From a virus (Duplodnaviria > Heunggongvirae > Uroviricota > Caudoviricetes), in the IMG/VR virus record IMGVR_UViG_2565956616_000006, positions 1-43,312 of that record: a stretch of DNA of 43,312 nucleotides; one strand, given 5' to 3'. Of this stretch, positions 31,341-41,336 are shown one piece after another; positions within the stretch are counted from its first letter, which is position 1; the number at the start of each line of letters is the position of its first letter. Under the pieces are notes generated by a model. That model was not told the DNA's origin and ran no database searches. It saw nothing but the letters and a program-made list of their open reading frames with translations. Both the position numbers and the translations under genes were made by a program.

Positions 31341-31478
31341 TTGATTTAATTGATTAAAATATAAACAGATAATTATGTATCTTATTGATTTATAAGGTTA
31401 TTTTTAAATAAAGGTAAATAAAAAATAAATAGCCATAAATAGCTATAAATACATCTAAATACCTATATCCCTTCCCTT

Positions 31479-31886
31479 ATGGCTAGATTGCGAGAGGTGC
31501 TTAACGCGATTTTTAGCGCCCCCCGATCTGGAAAATCCAGAATCCCCAAATATCAGCAAGGAATTTTCTTGCGTAATCAACATCGTTTTTACCTATTAAA
31601 TCATTACACAGAAAGCCTTTCTGTAATGTCTCTCACTAAACTTTCACTAAACACGAGAATGATCGGTTTTATGTCGGATCAGATGCTAGAAACAGCACCA
31701 CGTCTCACAAGGGCTGTAAGCGATGAAACCAGTGTTTATGCGGGTGCAGGTCAAAATATAGGCCAAAGTCCATTTAACATAATAAACGTAATATGCACTA
31801 AGGAACACATAGAACGCCTTGAGTTGATGTATAAGGGGAAAAGTGGTGGATTTTTTTACGTAGGAGCACGAGAGGGCTTCTATTGA
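31479..31886 (+). CDS. Hypothetical protein (135 aa; real start may be internal)
   Basis: ORF in AT-rich region, no clear RBS. Confidence 0.3.
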   Translation: MARLREVLNAIFSAPRSGKSRIPKYQQGIFLRNQHRFYLLNHYTESLSVMSLTKLSLNTRMIGFMSDQMLETAPRLTRAVSDETSVYAGAGQNIGQSPFNIINVICTKEHIERLELMYKGKSGGFFYVGAREGFY

Positions 31887-32266
31887 CTTTTGTATGCTAT
31901 GAAATATAATAGAAGGTTTTTATTTTTATGTTGATAGTGATTGCACATTAAAGATTGAAAGCAAATTTAAACATAAATTTTCAACACGTGAAAGAACTTG
32001 TTCGACAAATGATAGAACGTTTATTGAGCAACAATTTTGCAGTGATGCGCTATATGCCGCATAACATAAGGCTTTGCTGATGATGACGCAAAAGTGAAGA
32101 AAGCTAACATTGCACTTTTTAAGCTACTTTTCATTGGATTTTTACGTAGGAATTACACAGGGATTAATCATCAATTACATTGAATTTAAGCCTGTTTTAG
32201 ATGTTTAATTTTGGTAGCAAGAAACACTTTTAGAAGATCATTGCACAGATGTTATGTGATAAATGG

Positions 32267-32426
32267 ATGTAACGATGGGTTACATTCAGCTATCTGAAAT
32301 ACTCTCTGTAAGAAATTTGGTAGTAACGATTCGTTACATAGACTAATTATTGAATGTAACGATATTACACATCGGTAGTAACGATTCGTTACATCGGCAG
32401 ATGATTGGTTGTAACGAAAGGTTACA
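32267..32426. promoter_or_regulatory. Array of five palindromic sites, consensus (T)GTAAC-N5-GTTAC(A), spaced about 56, 32, 22 and 33 bp
   Basis: Sites at about 32267, 32323, 32355, 32377 and 32410; two copies are identical (GTAACGATTCGTTAC). Confidence 0.55.
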
Positions 32427-33149
32427 CAATAAGACTAACATCTATAATACTAATAATAAAACTAACTATTAAACTATATAATATAATTCTTTTTTATCTT
32501 TATAAGAATAATTATAGGGATACCCGTTAGGGAGTCTAACGACTATCCCTTAATCTATTGGCATTCGCCAGAACCTTGCACAAGTTAGAGTGTTAGTCGT
32601 TAGACTGATACTTCTCATAACACATAGTTTTTTGTTTGTTGATGTTAGTTAGTAGATCTATGTTCGCTAATGCCGCTCACAACGAATATGTAATCTACTA
32701 TGTGCAAATAGCCTACGGCTTGCGTAAGGCTAAATAGTCTATGCGCTGTGCGCTTCAATAGTTCCATTGATGAGGCTTACGCCAATCTAACGATCATCAA
32801 TCTATTTAAGAGAAAATCTATTGTGCAATACTCTGACGAGTGCAATAACCTTGTGTGCTACGCGTTAGCGATGTTAGCACATAGACACAGACAACAACCA
32901 ACAACAAACAAAAAAGAAAGAATGGTTTTAGTAGTTGAAGGTTAAATAAGATTCTACCGCTTAAATCAAGCCTCTGGCGAGCTAAACAACCTCTACATAA
33001 GGGAATGTATTGTTTTTATCAAATACCTCGTTAGAACGCGTTTTAGAGCGTTTTAGAGAATAAGGAAGAATAGGAGCACTCGTAAGAGCACGAATTGCTA
33101 AGAAAAATTATAACACACTGAAAATGATCAATATTTTTATGGCCAGGGG

Positions 33150-33178
33150 TTGACAAAAGCTTTTAGTTATGGTAAAGT
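33150..33178 (+). promoter_or_regulatory. Sigma70-type promoter (TTGACA-17 bp-TAAAGT)
   Basis: Consensus -35 at 33150-33155, 17-bp spacer, -10 at 33173-33178, upstream of the island-2 small-gene cluster. Confidence 0.5.
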
Positions 33179-33301
33179 AATATTAGGGACAGGAAAACAT
33201 TCCTATCCTCTAAATAATTAAACCAATGCACCGCACTTTGAAGCCCAAGAGGCTTGCAAGGTGTCTTTTTCTTTTAACCAAATAGAATAGGAGGTTAATT
33301 A

Positions 33302-33484
33302 GTGAAGTATTTCACTTCTCAAGATGTAGTTGAAGCCTGGAAACGTGGTGAGATCAACCGCTTTAGGGTAAGAATGAATAGGAACACAGCGCGACGCTGT
33401 GGTTATCCAGAGCGTGAAAAATGTTTTGACGATGCACTGAAAATTATTGATGAACTGCGTAAGGCAGGAGCAGAGAAAGAATAA
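33302..33484 (+). CDS. Small hypothetical protein (60 aa)
   Basis: GTG start with AGGAGG RBS 7 nt upstream. Confidence 0.45.
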   Translation: MKYFTSQDVVEAWKRGEINRFRVRMNRNTARRCGYPEREKCFDDALKIIDELRKAGAEKE

Positions 33485-33505
33485 TAACAGGAGAAGGAGA
33501 AAACT

Positions 33506-33673
33506 ATGAGCGAAACCAAGAAACCAATTCCACGCACTTACCTACACGTTGACCCTGAAATTTTCAAGATTTTATTTGCTGAAGCCAAGAAAAGGCAAAT
33601 TATGGTCAGTGATTTGATGTTAGAAATCATTACTGAAGCAGCAGAGAACATCAAACAAAAAAAGGGTAAGTGA
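33506..33673 (+). CDS. Small hypothetical protein (55 aa), possible RHH/partition-like DNA binder
   Basis: ATG with GGAGAAGGAGA RBS; hand translation MSETKKPIPRTYLHVDPEIFKILFAEAKKRQIMVSDLMLEIITEAAENIKQKKGK. Confidence 0.45.
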   Translation: MSETKKPIPRTYLHVDPEIFKILFAEAKKRQIMVSDLMLEIITEAAENIKQKKGK

Positions 33674-33726
33674 TCCTCATTCACTTTAGTAGCGCATTAA
33701 GCGTGATTTATAAGGAGATAATTCTA

Positions 33727-34407
33727 ATGTCTAAAATTAAATTGATTCGTGAAAAATACCAGTATGTTGATCAACAAACAGGAGAAATTAAAGACCGAAC
33801 TTTGAATATACCACACTACTTTTGTGAGATTGAATTCATCTACTCCTCAAATATTGAGGATGGAAAAGCGAAGTTTAGTGCAGAAATGCAAAAATTATAT
33901 TGCTATGTTTCAGATTGGGAGAAATCAGGGGGGATATGTTTTGAAACACAAACGAAGTTAAGTAAAGTTTGTGGCTGTAGCCGTAAGACAGTTAATGAAT
34001 TGATTGGTCTTATGATTAAAATCGGTCTTTTAGAAGAGGTCGGAGAACGAATCCCAAAACGTCCATTAAAATTACGTGCGCTACCTCTCACAGATGCACA
34101 TATTACCCCCCCTAGAGAGTCATCACTACCTGATCCTTCTGAGAAAGAAAACGAATCTAATGAAATATTGAATGTTTCAGAAATCATCGTTGAAGAAGAA
34201 ATACAGGAATCAGAGTTCCCTGAGCGGCCCGAAATTTTTACTTGGCTTCTTTCCCTTGATAAGAAGAAACCACCGCACGAAGAAACAGAAGATTTTGTAA
34301 AACGAGCATTAGATTCAAAGAATATCTATCTTTGTGAAAATGATTTTGACTCTTTGATAATTGATCTCAAAAGTGAGAGCACAATATATGATTCACTACC
34401 CTTTTAA
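33727..34407 (+). CDS. Hypothetical protein with predicted helix-turn-helix (possible replication initiator/regulator)
   Basis: ATG with AAGGAG RBS; segment TQTKLSKVCGCSRKTVNELIGLMIKIGLLEE is HTH-like; acidic C-terminus. Confidence 0.45.
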   Translation: MSKIKLIREKYQYVDQQTGEIKDRTLNIPHYFCEIEFIYSSNIEDGKAKFSAEMQKLYCYVSDWEKSGGICFETQTKLSKVCGCSRKTVNELIGLMIKIGLLEEVGERIPKRPLKLRALPLTDAHITPPRESSLPDPSEKENESNEILNVSEIIVEEEIQESEFPERPEIFTWLLSLDKKKPPHEETEDFVKRALDSKNIYLCENDFDSLIIDLKSESTIYDSLPF

Positions 34408-34416
34408 GGAGAATAA

Positions 34417-34686
34417 ATGGCTTATAACATCACTATAGGAAACAAAACTATTGAAATAACTGAGAGCGGATACCACATTTTAAAAGCTATTTTGGAAATA
34501 GAGTTCTCACCGCCGACAGTGGTTAGCTTTTGTAGTTTAGGCGGCTACAGCGCACAACACGTGAATCATTGGTTAAACCATTTTACATCGTTCGGTGTGC
34601 TGGATTATGAAGGGATTAACCACACTACATTTCGTCTTTTGAAATTAAACAAAGATTTTGAATTGTTTATCACAAACAATCAATAA
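34417..34686 (+). CDS. Hypothetical protein (89 aa)
   Basis: ORF with AAGGAG RBS. Confidence 0.45.
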   Translation: MAYNITIGNKTIEITESGYHILKAILEIEFSPPTVVSFCSLGGYSAQHVNHWLNHFTSFGVLDYEGINHTTFRLLKLNKDFELFITNNQ

Positions 34687-34782
34687 CAACAGATCGGGCA
34701 ATACATATGGCAAATGCATTTATGGCGATATTCATCGTAACTATGGCATTAAGTTTTTATAATCCACATAAAAAGAGGGAAA

Positions 34783-35169
34783 ATGGGAAAAAAGAAACGT
34801 AATAACTTAAAACGTATTGAAAAAAACAGTAACTTCAATTCAACAAGACAACGTCCACCGACACATACCAATAACGAAATTCCAGGGGAAGAGATAATCT
34901 TCATTTTAGAATCTAACAGCCCACCACTTACAAACGAAGAATTAGAAATTATTCAATCAATGGGTGATGGTGTGTATTTCAAACCCAGAACAAGAAAGAC
35001 AACGATTATAGAACCTGGCACATTAAAGAAATGGCAGCTGTTAAATTTTACCAGCTACAGGCACTATATCGGTTTTAATAGTTTCAACAATCAGGTAGGC
35101 GGCGTTACAGAAACAGATCTGATGCAGCACCTGATCGACACTCTCGCATCTAACAAACGTTCAAACTAA
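34783..35169 (+). CDS. Hypothetical protein (128 aa)
   Basis: ORF with AGAGGGAAA RBS. Confidence 0.45.
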   Translation: MGKKKRNNLKRIEKNSNFNSTRQRPPTHTNNEIPGEEIIFILESNSPPLTNEELEIIQSMGDGVYFKPRTRKTTIIEPGTLKKWQLLNFTSYRHYIGFNSFNNQVGGVTETDLMQHLIDTLASNKRSN

Positions 35170-35186
35170 AAATAAAAGGAACAACA

Positions 35187-35390
35187 ATGATCGACCATAT
35201 ACAGGAAACACAATTATTTCAGATGATCCTGTCTGATGCAAAAAACTATGCTGAGTTAATTCGGCTGGCAAAAGAAACAGAAGACTACGAAGCATTAGAG
35301 CGTTATCGTGATGAAGTGCTGACGCTCAAGACACCTTTTAACATCGTATTGAATATGATTAATGATGCATTACAAGGAGAAGCCGCATAA
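35187..35390 (+). CDS. Hypothetical protein (67 aa)
   Basis: ORF with AAAGGA RBS. Confidence 0.4.
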   Translation: MIDHIQETQLFQMILSDAKNYAELIRLAKETEDYEALERYRDEVLTLKTPFNIVLNMINDALQGEAA

Positions 35391-35698
35391 TGGAAGAAGA
35401 TATTAGCAATGCAATGGAACAACTTTTAGATCTGACTATCTCACTACAAACAAGAATAAATCAAGCCTATTCAGATTTATGCGATTACACGCTCTCTCAA
35501 TGCGTTATTAGCTTAATGAAGGTGAATGTAAGCCTTGACGATTTTATCTCTCTGGGGAGCGGTTTAGAGCTATCAGAGGACAATGCCAGGCTGTGCACTC
35601 AAATCATCACAGACACCGCAAGCACGTTAAAGGCTGCAAGTGAAGAGATTCAGCAATTAGTAAATGATTTAGCAAAAAGTGCTATTTCTTCTAAGTGA
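35390..35698 (+). CDS. Hypothetical protein (102 aa)
   Basis: ORF with AAGGAGAAG RBS, coupled to previous gene. Confidence 0.45.
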   Translation: MEEDISNAMEQLLDLTISLQTRINQAYSDLCDYTLSQCVISLMKVNVSLDDFISLGSGLELSEDNARLCTQIITDTASTLKAASEEIQQLVNDLAKSAISSK

Positions 35699-36683
35699 TA
35701 ATGAAAATCATTTGCATTTATAACAATTTCATTATATAATGAAATTAGGGGTAGATAAAAAGGTTTTGACTGGTGTTAATCCTTCTACTGTCATAAATCC
35801 CTGCATATGGAAGGTGATAGCCTCAAAGGTTGAGTGGCATTAACCTCTAACAAATATTACCTTCCATCTCTCAAGAAGTTTTAGAATAATCATAACTCCC
35901 TCTTTGATTGTTGATTGTTTCTACGTTGTGTTGATGAATGTTGTTAGGCATTGTGCTTAATTTTGATAAAAGCGGGTAGGTGTTATCTCCTTGCCCTTCC
36001 CGCTATTATTTTTCATCTATGCTTATCCTAAAGCTCCTTATTTTGTCCGAAAACATTAAAGAGCCTTACACTGATAGTTATATTTTATAACTATTTACTA
36101 ACATCATTAAACTCTTATTTAATGACGGAAGTTAGTAACAGAATAATCTATTAAGTTGTTGTCAAAAAACTATCATCTGCATAGCGTTAGCCGCAAGTAG
36201 AGAGAGTTTAGTTAAGAATGGTGCAATAAACTTTGGAAATATTGATAGCAAAACTAGTTTTATAGAATGCGGATCTATAATCTTTGGTTGTAAAAACGAT
36301 TTTCTGAAACGGTAGATTACTGTTGGTGTAGTTAATCATTATTAAAAATTTAATCTGTGAGTAGATTGGAATAGTGATTCCTTAAAATCTGACTGGTGCA
36401 TCCACACCATGAAAGATAGCGGTTGGCCACCGCGCCCCGAATAGATATTCCTGATTGATTCCGCATGTTTTCCTAAGAGCATGTTTTCAGGAGTATCTAT
36501 TCACCCTTTAAGCATATCATCAAGTATATTTAAAAAGTGTATTTGCTGATATGTTTAATCCTCTTATAGTTTAACTTATCAATTATGTAATTGCCCGCAC
36601 GTTAAAGCCCCTTTGCTGGTCAGAATTAACCTCTTACGGCATTGGGGCTTTTTATTTGTCTGGCACTAACAGGAACGTTATTT

Positions 36684-36881
36684 ATGAAACAAGAAATGAT
36701 TATCAGCAAAGACGGGGAAACGATGATTGTTAGTGATGAAAACCTCATTAAGGTTGCCGCACTGTTGGGAGTTACTCCCGAAAGTCTTCGTTCTACCACT
36801 GCTCAATTATTTAAATCGGCTGATGCGGTTAGTCTTGCTGATGCCCTTAAATCTAAAATTAAACAACTGAAAGGAAAATAA
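36684..36881 (+). CDS. Small hypothetical protein
   Basis: Internal ATG (MKQEMIIS) of ORF 36642-36881. Confidence 0.35.
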   Translation: MKQEMIISKDGETMIVSDENLIKVAALLGVTPESLRSTTAQLFKSADAVSLADALKSKIKQLKGK

Positions 36882-36885
36882 TCTT

Positions 36886-37269
36886 ATGGCTAACCCATAT
36901 GGAAAATTAAAAGCAGTGAATGCGGATAACTCCCGTTCACGCTGTAAGGTAGTAGCTTACGCTGCTGATCCAGTGCTGCAAGATCGCCTCGTCAAACTGG
37001 CTTCACCTCTCACTGACGATCTTATTGTCGGGGCTTTGCTGAAAGCCGATGGCACCAAAGCAACAACCGCATCTGATATTGCTCACGTAGTAGTTGAACC
37101 GGCTTATGAAGGACAGGAAAGCGTAGTGGTTGCACATCCTACTTTCGTTATTCTGGCTGAAGATGGGATTGAATTTAACAGCATGGAAAAGGCAAGTGTT
37201 ATTGCAAAACTGCAATCTCTCGGCTTTGTAATTGCTGGTTATGAAGAACTTGCGATCCCTACGACTTAA
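36886..37269 (+). CDS. Hypothetical protein (127 aa)
   Basis: ORF with AAAGGAAAA RBS. Confidence 0.5.
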   Translation: MANPYGKLKAVNADNSRSRCKVVAYAADPVLQDRLVKLASPLTDDLIVGALLKADGTKATTASDIAHVVVEPAYEGQESVVVAHPTFVILAEDGIEFNSMEKASVIAKLQSLGFVIAGYEELAIPTT

Positions 37270-37283
37270 CAAGGAAAATAATA

Positions 37284-38315
37284 ATGAATGATTTATCAAC
37301 ATATTTTGGCGTTAATACTGCGGTAGTAACTCCATTTGCTTATGAGAATGCACTTAATACCCTGATTACTAATCTCGATCTGTTCGATGTGCAATATCAT
37401 ACAGAAAACAGCATTCTTCTTACCGACCTGATTGATCAGTTTGTGCAGGTAGCTGGGGAAACCTCGCCTTACGCTCAAAGCGACTGGAACGCCTCTAAAC
37501 GTCAGGAATGGTCAAACAAACTTTTCCAGATGAAACACGTCGGCAGTATTAACGCTGTTACTTCTCGTGACCTGGAACAATACAGCCGCCAATATCCAAA
37601 CCGTTCTGATGCTATGCTGGTAGCGGTTAATGATTTCTCTGAGGCTCATTACCGTTCACACGCAAACCGTGTTGAAGTGGATCTGATTACCGCGCTGCTG
37701 GGCCTGAAAGTTGAATCTGAATATGCCGGACAAGGTGATCTCGACTTCCTCGACGGTCAGGCTAAAACCACGGTACCCGCTATCGACTTTGCATCGACTA
37801 CTGTTAACCCGTTCCTTGCTATTCGTAAAGCGGTGCGCTTACAGAGTGAAAAGCTGGGGTCTGGTCTTGCTGCAAAGCGAACTGGTGTAATTATCTTTGC
37901 TGCTGGCACTGCTGCTGATGGTTTGTCATCTAACCCGCTGATCAGTGACATGGTGAAATATGCAGGCGATGCGAGTGCTACGGCCCTGTTTACCCGTATG
38001 GTTGATTCTAACCCAGCCTATGACTCTTTCCAGATTGGTGGGATCACTGTTATTGATGTGTCAATGTTTCCTGAGATTGTTGCTCACATCGGAGAGAACG
38101 GTTTCGCAATTGTTCCGGTAATGGATAAAGCGGCACAGTGTTACCAGCTTCATAGCGGCGTTGGTGTGCGTCATGCTGAGTTAGGTCAAGATGCCGTGTT
38201 GCATCACCAATATCTAATCAAGGATGAATTCCAATTCCCATCTGTGGTTACTGAGACATCTTATCTGCCAGTAAACAACATTCCGCAAGCTATCATCTTC
38301 GGATCTGCTGCGTAA
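37284..38315 (+). CDS. Hypothetical protein (343 aa), possibly structural
   Basis: Long ORF with AAGGAAAA RBS; no recognised catalytic motifs. Confidence 0.5.
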   Translation: MNDLSTYFGVNTAVVTPFAYENALNTLITNLDLFDVQYHTENSILLTDLIDQFVQVAGETSPYAQSDWNASKRQEWSNKLFQMKHVGSINAVTSRDLEQYSRQYPNRSDAMLVAVNDFSEAHYRSHANRVEVDLITALLGLKVESEYAGQGDLDFLDGQAKTTVPAIDFASTTVNPFLAIRKAVRLQSEKLGSGLAAKRTGVIIFAAGTAADGLSSNPLISDMVKYAGDASATALFTRMVDSNPAYDSFQIGGITVIDVSMFPEIVAHIGENGFAIVPVMDKAAQCYQLHSGVGVRHAELGQDAVLHHQYLIKDEFQFPSVVTETSYLPVNNIPQAIIFGSAA

Positions 38316-38466
38316 TAAAGCGTTAATAGACGATTCCCCATCGGGGCAATAAGGGTAAAGGGATTAACTAACCTGTAGGCGCAAATACAGTAACGAATCT
38401 CTTTGCCCTTTTTGTTTTTCTACTGTCTACAAACCCAAATAAAAATATATATGTGAGAGAAAACCA

Positions 38467-38679
38467 ATGAATACAGAAAACCCACAATCCTTTATTCTTA
38501 AGGCTGTAAAAGAACTGGCAGCTATTAGCGAGGAATCAGTTATAAACACATCGGCGCTTTGCCGCCTTTTAGAAATTGATGCAAATAATGTGCGCCAGCG
38601 TGTCTTTCAGACTGGGTGCAGCACTTTCGAAGCAATTCAATACTATTGCTCTAAAAACAATAATAAACAACAATCATAA
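38467..38679 (+). CDS. Small hypothetical protein (70 aa)
   Basis: ORF with GAGAGAAAA RBS. Confidence 0.4.
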   Translation: MNTENPQSFILKAVKELAAISEESVINTSALCRLLEIDANNVRQRVFQTGCSTFEAIQYYCSKNNNKQQS

Positions 38680-38697
38680 TACAGGGAAACAATTAGC

Positions 38698-40539
38698 ATG
38701 TTAGACCTTACCGTCAGCCGCTTATCAAACGTTGTCACCTTCCAGGTTGATCGACCATCATTAGAGAAAGCAAAAGCAGAAGTAGAAAAACTTCGTAAAC
38801 AAATGGCGGCTGTGAAAGATATAGAATTGCGTGTTAAGACACATAAACAATCAACCGCTAAAGCAAAAAAAGACGTAGACGATATTGCTAAAAAGCAAGC
38901 ACAGGCTGATAAAGCTAATGCTAAAGCACAATTAGCCGCTCAACGTGTAGTTGCAAGAGAACAAAAAGCCCTGGCAGCACGCAAAGAGAAGGCAGAATTA
39001 AAGCTTTTAGACGTTGGATCAAGCATTAGTGCAATGCACCGTCTTTCTGTAGCGGAACAATATAAAGCTATTGCACAGGCTAGAGAAATTGCCCTCCAAT
39101 ATGAAAGAGGCGCTATTAGTCTGGCACGTATGAATAGCCAAATGAAACGCCTACAACAGCAACAACGTAAGATTAATGGCAATCGTAACGCTCACGCTAA
39201 AGCCTATGCACCTGTTAAGGGTAGCGGGAGTATTGGCGGCGGTGCTGCGGCTGTTATGCTGGGTGGCTTAGGCGCTGGCGCTGCATATATGGCTATGAGC
39301 AAAGCCTCTGAATTTGTTACTAACAGCTTTGCCAGTGCTGAAACGCTGGGAGAATTGTATAGCCGTGCGAAGCTGGGCGGTGTAGACGTTAACCAGATGA
39401 ACAATATTGAGCAATGGGCCTACAAAAACGGCGTTGATTCAATGATGGGGGATCAAGGTAAACGTAAGTATCTCGATCAGATGAAAGATGTACGGGAGAA
39501 GGCTACTAAATCTTATGATGAGGCTGAATATGTAGTTGATAAGAAAACTGGTAAAGGAGAATGGAAGGGCGGCGATAGCGGCATCAATACTTTAATGAAT
39601 GAAGGATTCTTAACTAAAAAGGATCTAAAAGACTTTGCTGATAATCCGGCTGGTCTGGTTAGTAAAGCAGTTCAGGGAATGGTGAAGAAAGGCTATTCAG
39701 ATGCACAAATCGGTAGTCGTCTGGAAGATCTGGCTGATGATTTGATGCTCACCTCTAAATACTGGACACGCTCCGCTAAAGAAGTGGAACAATCAGCACG
39801 AGAACAACGAGAATCAGGGCGCTGGGTAACACAGGCACAACAGGAAAGCGTTATTAAATTCCGTGAACTGAATAATGCACTTAGTGGGCTTTCTGACTCA
39901 CAAGGGATCGCCTTTGTTGATGGCTTTATGAAATCTCTTGATCCGAAAGTGATTGAAGAGTTTAAAAAGAGCATGGTTGCAATGCTGCCAATGTTTACCA
40001 AATTAGGCGAGGCTATCGGCGGATTGGTTAACGCTGTAATGAAAGCAATCAACTGGCTGATGAAAAACGACGAGAAGACGGCAGCTATTCAGAAGAATTT
40101 AGGTGATGCACCGCCACTATCTAACGAAGGAATGAAGCAGAATCTTTCTAATCTCACTCCTGATCAATATAAAGGCGCTGGCACCGGAACAATTAAGCCA
40201 GATAACAGCAATTCCCTGGTTAACACTATTAAAAGCTGGTTTATGCCAGAAGAAACGGTAGGTGGGGCGCAGGCTGTAAATCAATACAGTCTCGAAGGAC
40301 AAAACATTGCAAATCTGAAACAGAGTGCAGCACAACAAGCTTTCAAGGCTCCTTCTTACACCTTTGCGCCTGTTATCCACTTCAATCCAGAATTACAAGT
40401 AAATGCAGAAGTGCCGCTAACTATCGAATCAGACACCGGACGATTGAGCGAATTTATCGACTTCAAATCAAAGGCATCCTCCGCTGAGTTTAGCAAGCTA
40501 TTAACGCTGGGTGTTATGTCAGGCGGGTCAACCTATTAA
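38698..40539 (+). CDS. Hypothetical protein (613 aa): N-terminal Lys/Ala/Gln-rich coiled coil plus Gly-rich hydrophobic segment; tape-measure-like or ejection/pilot-like
   Basis: Residues about 20-165 strongly coiled-coil-like; GSGSIGGGAAAVMLGGLGAGAAYMAMS segment resembles membrane-active segments of tape measure and E proteins. Confidence 0.55.
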   Translation: MLDLTVSRLSNVVTFQVDRPSLEKAKAEVEKLRKQMAAVKDIELRVKTHKQSTAKAKKDVDDIAKKQAQADKANAKAQLAAQRVVAREQKALAARKEKAELKLLDVGSSISAMHRLSVAEQYKAIAQAREIALQYERGAISLARMNSQMKRLQQQQRKINGNRNAHAKAYAPVKGSGSIGGGAAAVMLGGLGAGAAYMAMSKASEFVTNSFASAETLGELYSRAKLGGVDVNQMNNIEQWAYKNGVDSMMGDQGKRKYLDQMKDVREKATKSYDEAEYVVDKKTGKGEWKGGDSGINTLMNEGFLTKKDLKDFADNPAGLVSKAVQGMVKKGYSDAQIGSRLEDLADDLMLTSKYWTRSAKEVEQSAREQRESGRWVTQAQQESVIKFRELNNALSGLSDSQGIAFVDGFMKSLDPKVIEEFKKSMVAMLPMFTKLGEAIGGLVNAVMKAINWLMKNDEKTAAIQKNLGDAPPLSNEGMKQNLSNLTPDQYKGAGTGTIKPDNSNSLVNTIKSWFMPEETVGGAQAVNQYSLEGQNIANLKQSAAQQAFKAPSYTFAPVIHFNPELQVNAEVPLTIESDTGRLSEFIDFKSKASSAEFSKLLTLGVMSGGSTY

Positions 40540-40586
40540 TCATCACTGTGGGGCTGTTTAGCCCCCTTAAATAAGGATTACAAATT

Positions 40587-41255
40587 ATGGCAATGGGTCC
40601 GTTAACCATTGGTCGCCCGACTGAGGCGAAAATCAACAGCACAAGCAACGATAGAACAACCAAAGGGGGTAACGGCTTTGCGATCATTACCTCTAACCTC
40701 GGCAGTGGTGCAAATGCTGCTTACAATGACTACCAGGCATTATCATTTGATAGCGTGGAATCGACGAAAGTTAGCCGAAATGCAGACGTTACAAGCTATG
40801 CCGTCGAATCAGGATCAGAAGTTAGTGATCATGTTCAAATACGGAATAACAAGTTCACATTACAGGGGCGTATCTCTGAAACCGTATTGAAGCTCAATCC
40901 CGATATGATTAAGAATGCGGGAATTAACGGCAATCGACGTATGCTTATGCTTGAATACCTAAATCAGTTGATGGACAGTCGCCAACCTTTCCTACTTGTC
41001 ACTGAGTTAAAAAATTATGACAACGTTGTGTTAGTTGGCATGTCTTATGAAGAAGAAGCAAGCGAAAGTCTATTGTTTACTCTTGATTTTGAGCAAATCC
41101 GTCTTGTCTCTAAAGCAACTACAAGCGCAATTGCGGTAAAAACAGCACCAAATAAATCTGTAGGGGGACAGGTTAAAATGCAGGTAAATACAACAGAACA
41201 GAAAAATCAAAAAAGCCCAGGGCAAGACGTTGTAACGCCAGTATTTAAACAATAG
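40587..41255 (+). CDS. Hypothetical protein (222 aa)
   Basis: ORF with AAGGA RBS, downstream of a stem-loop. Confidence 0.5.
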   Translation: MAMGPLTIGRPTEAKINSTSNDRTTKGGNGFAIITSNLGSGANAAYNDYQALSFDSVESTKVSRNADVTSYAVESGSEVSDHVQIRNNKFTLQGRISETVLKLNPDMIKNAGINGNRRMLMLEYLNQLMDSRQPFLLVTELKNYDNVVLVGMSYEEEASESLLFTLDFEQIRLVSKATTSAIAVKTAPNKSVGGQVKMQVNTTEQKNQKSPGQDVVTPVFKQ

Positions 41256-41336
41256 CCTTAAACGCCTATGAAACGCTCTGTAACGATGTAATTATAAAAG
41301 AGGCCACCAATCTATGTTGAAGCCTCTTTATTGCGC

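Noticed and set aside
32267-32426. CRISPR array
   Set aside because: Units are dyad-symmetric operators with irregular short spacing, no unique spacers, no cas genes.
32748-32945. 65-aa ORF in the AT-rich region of island 2
   Set aside because: GTG start without RBS in a low-complexity AT-rich stretch.
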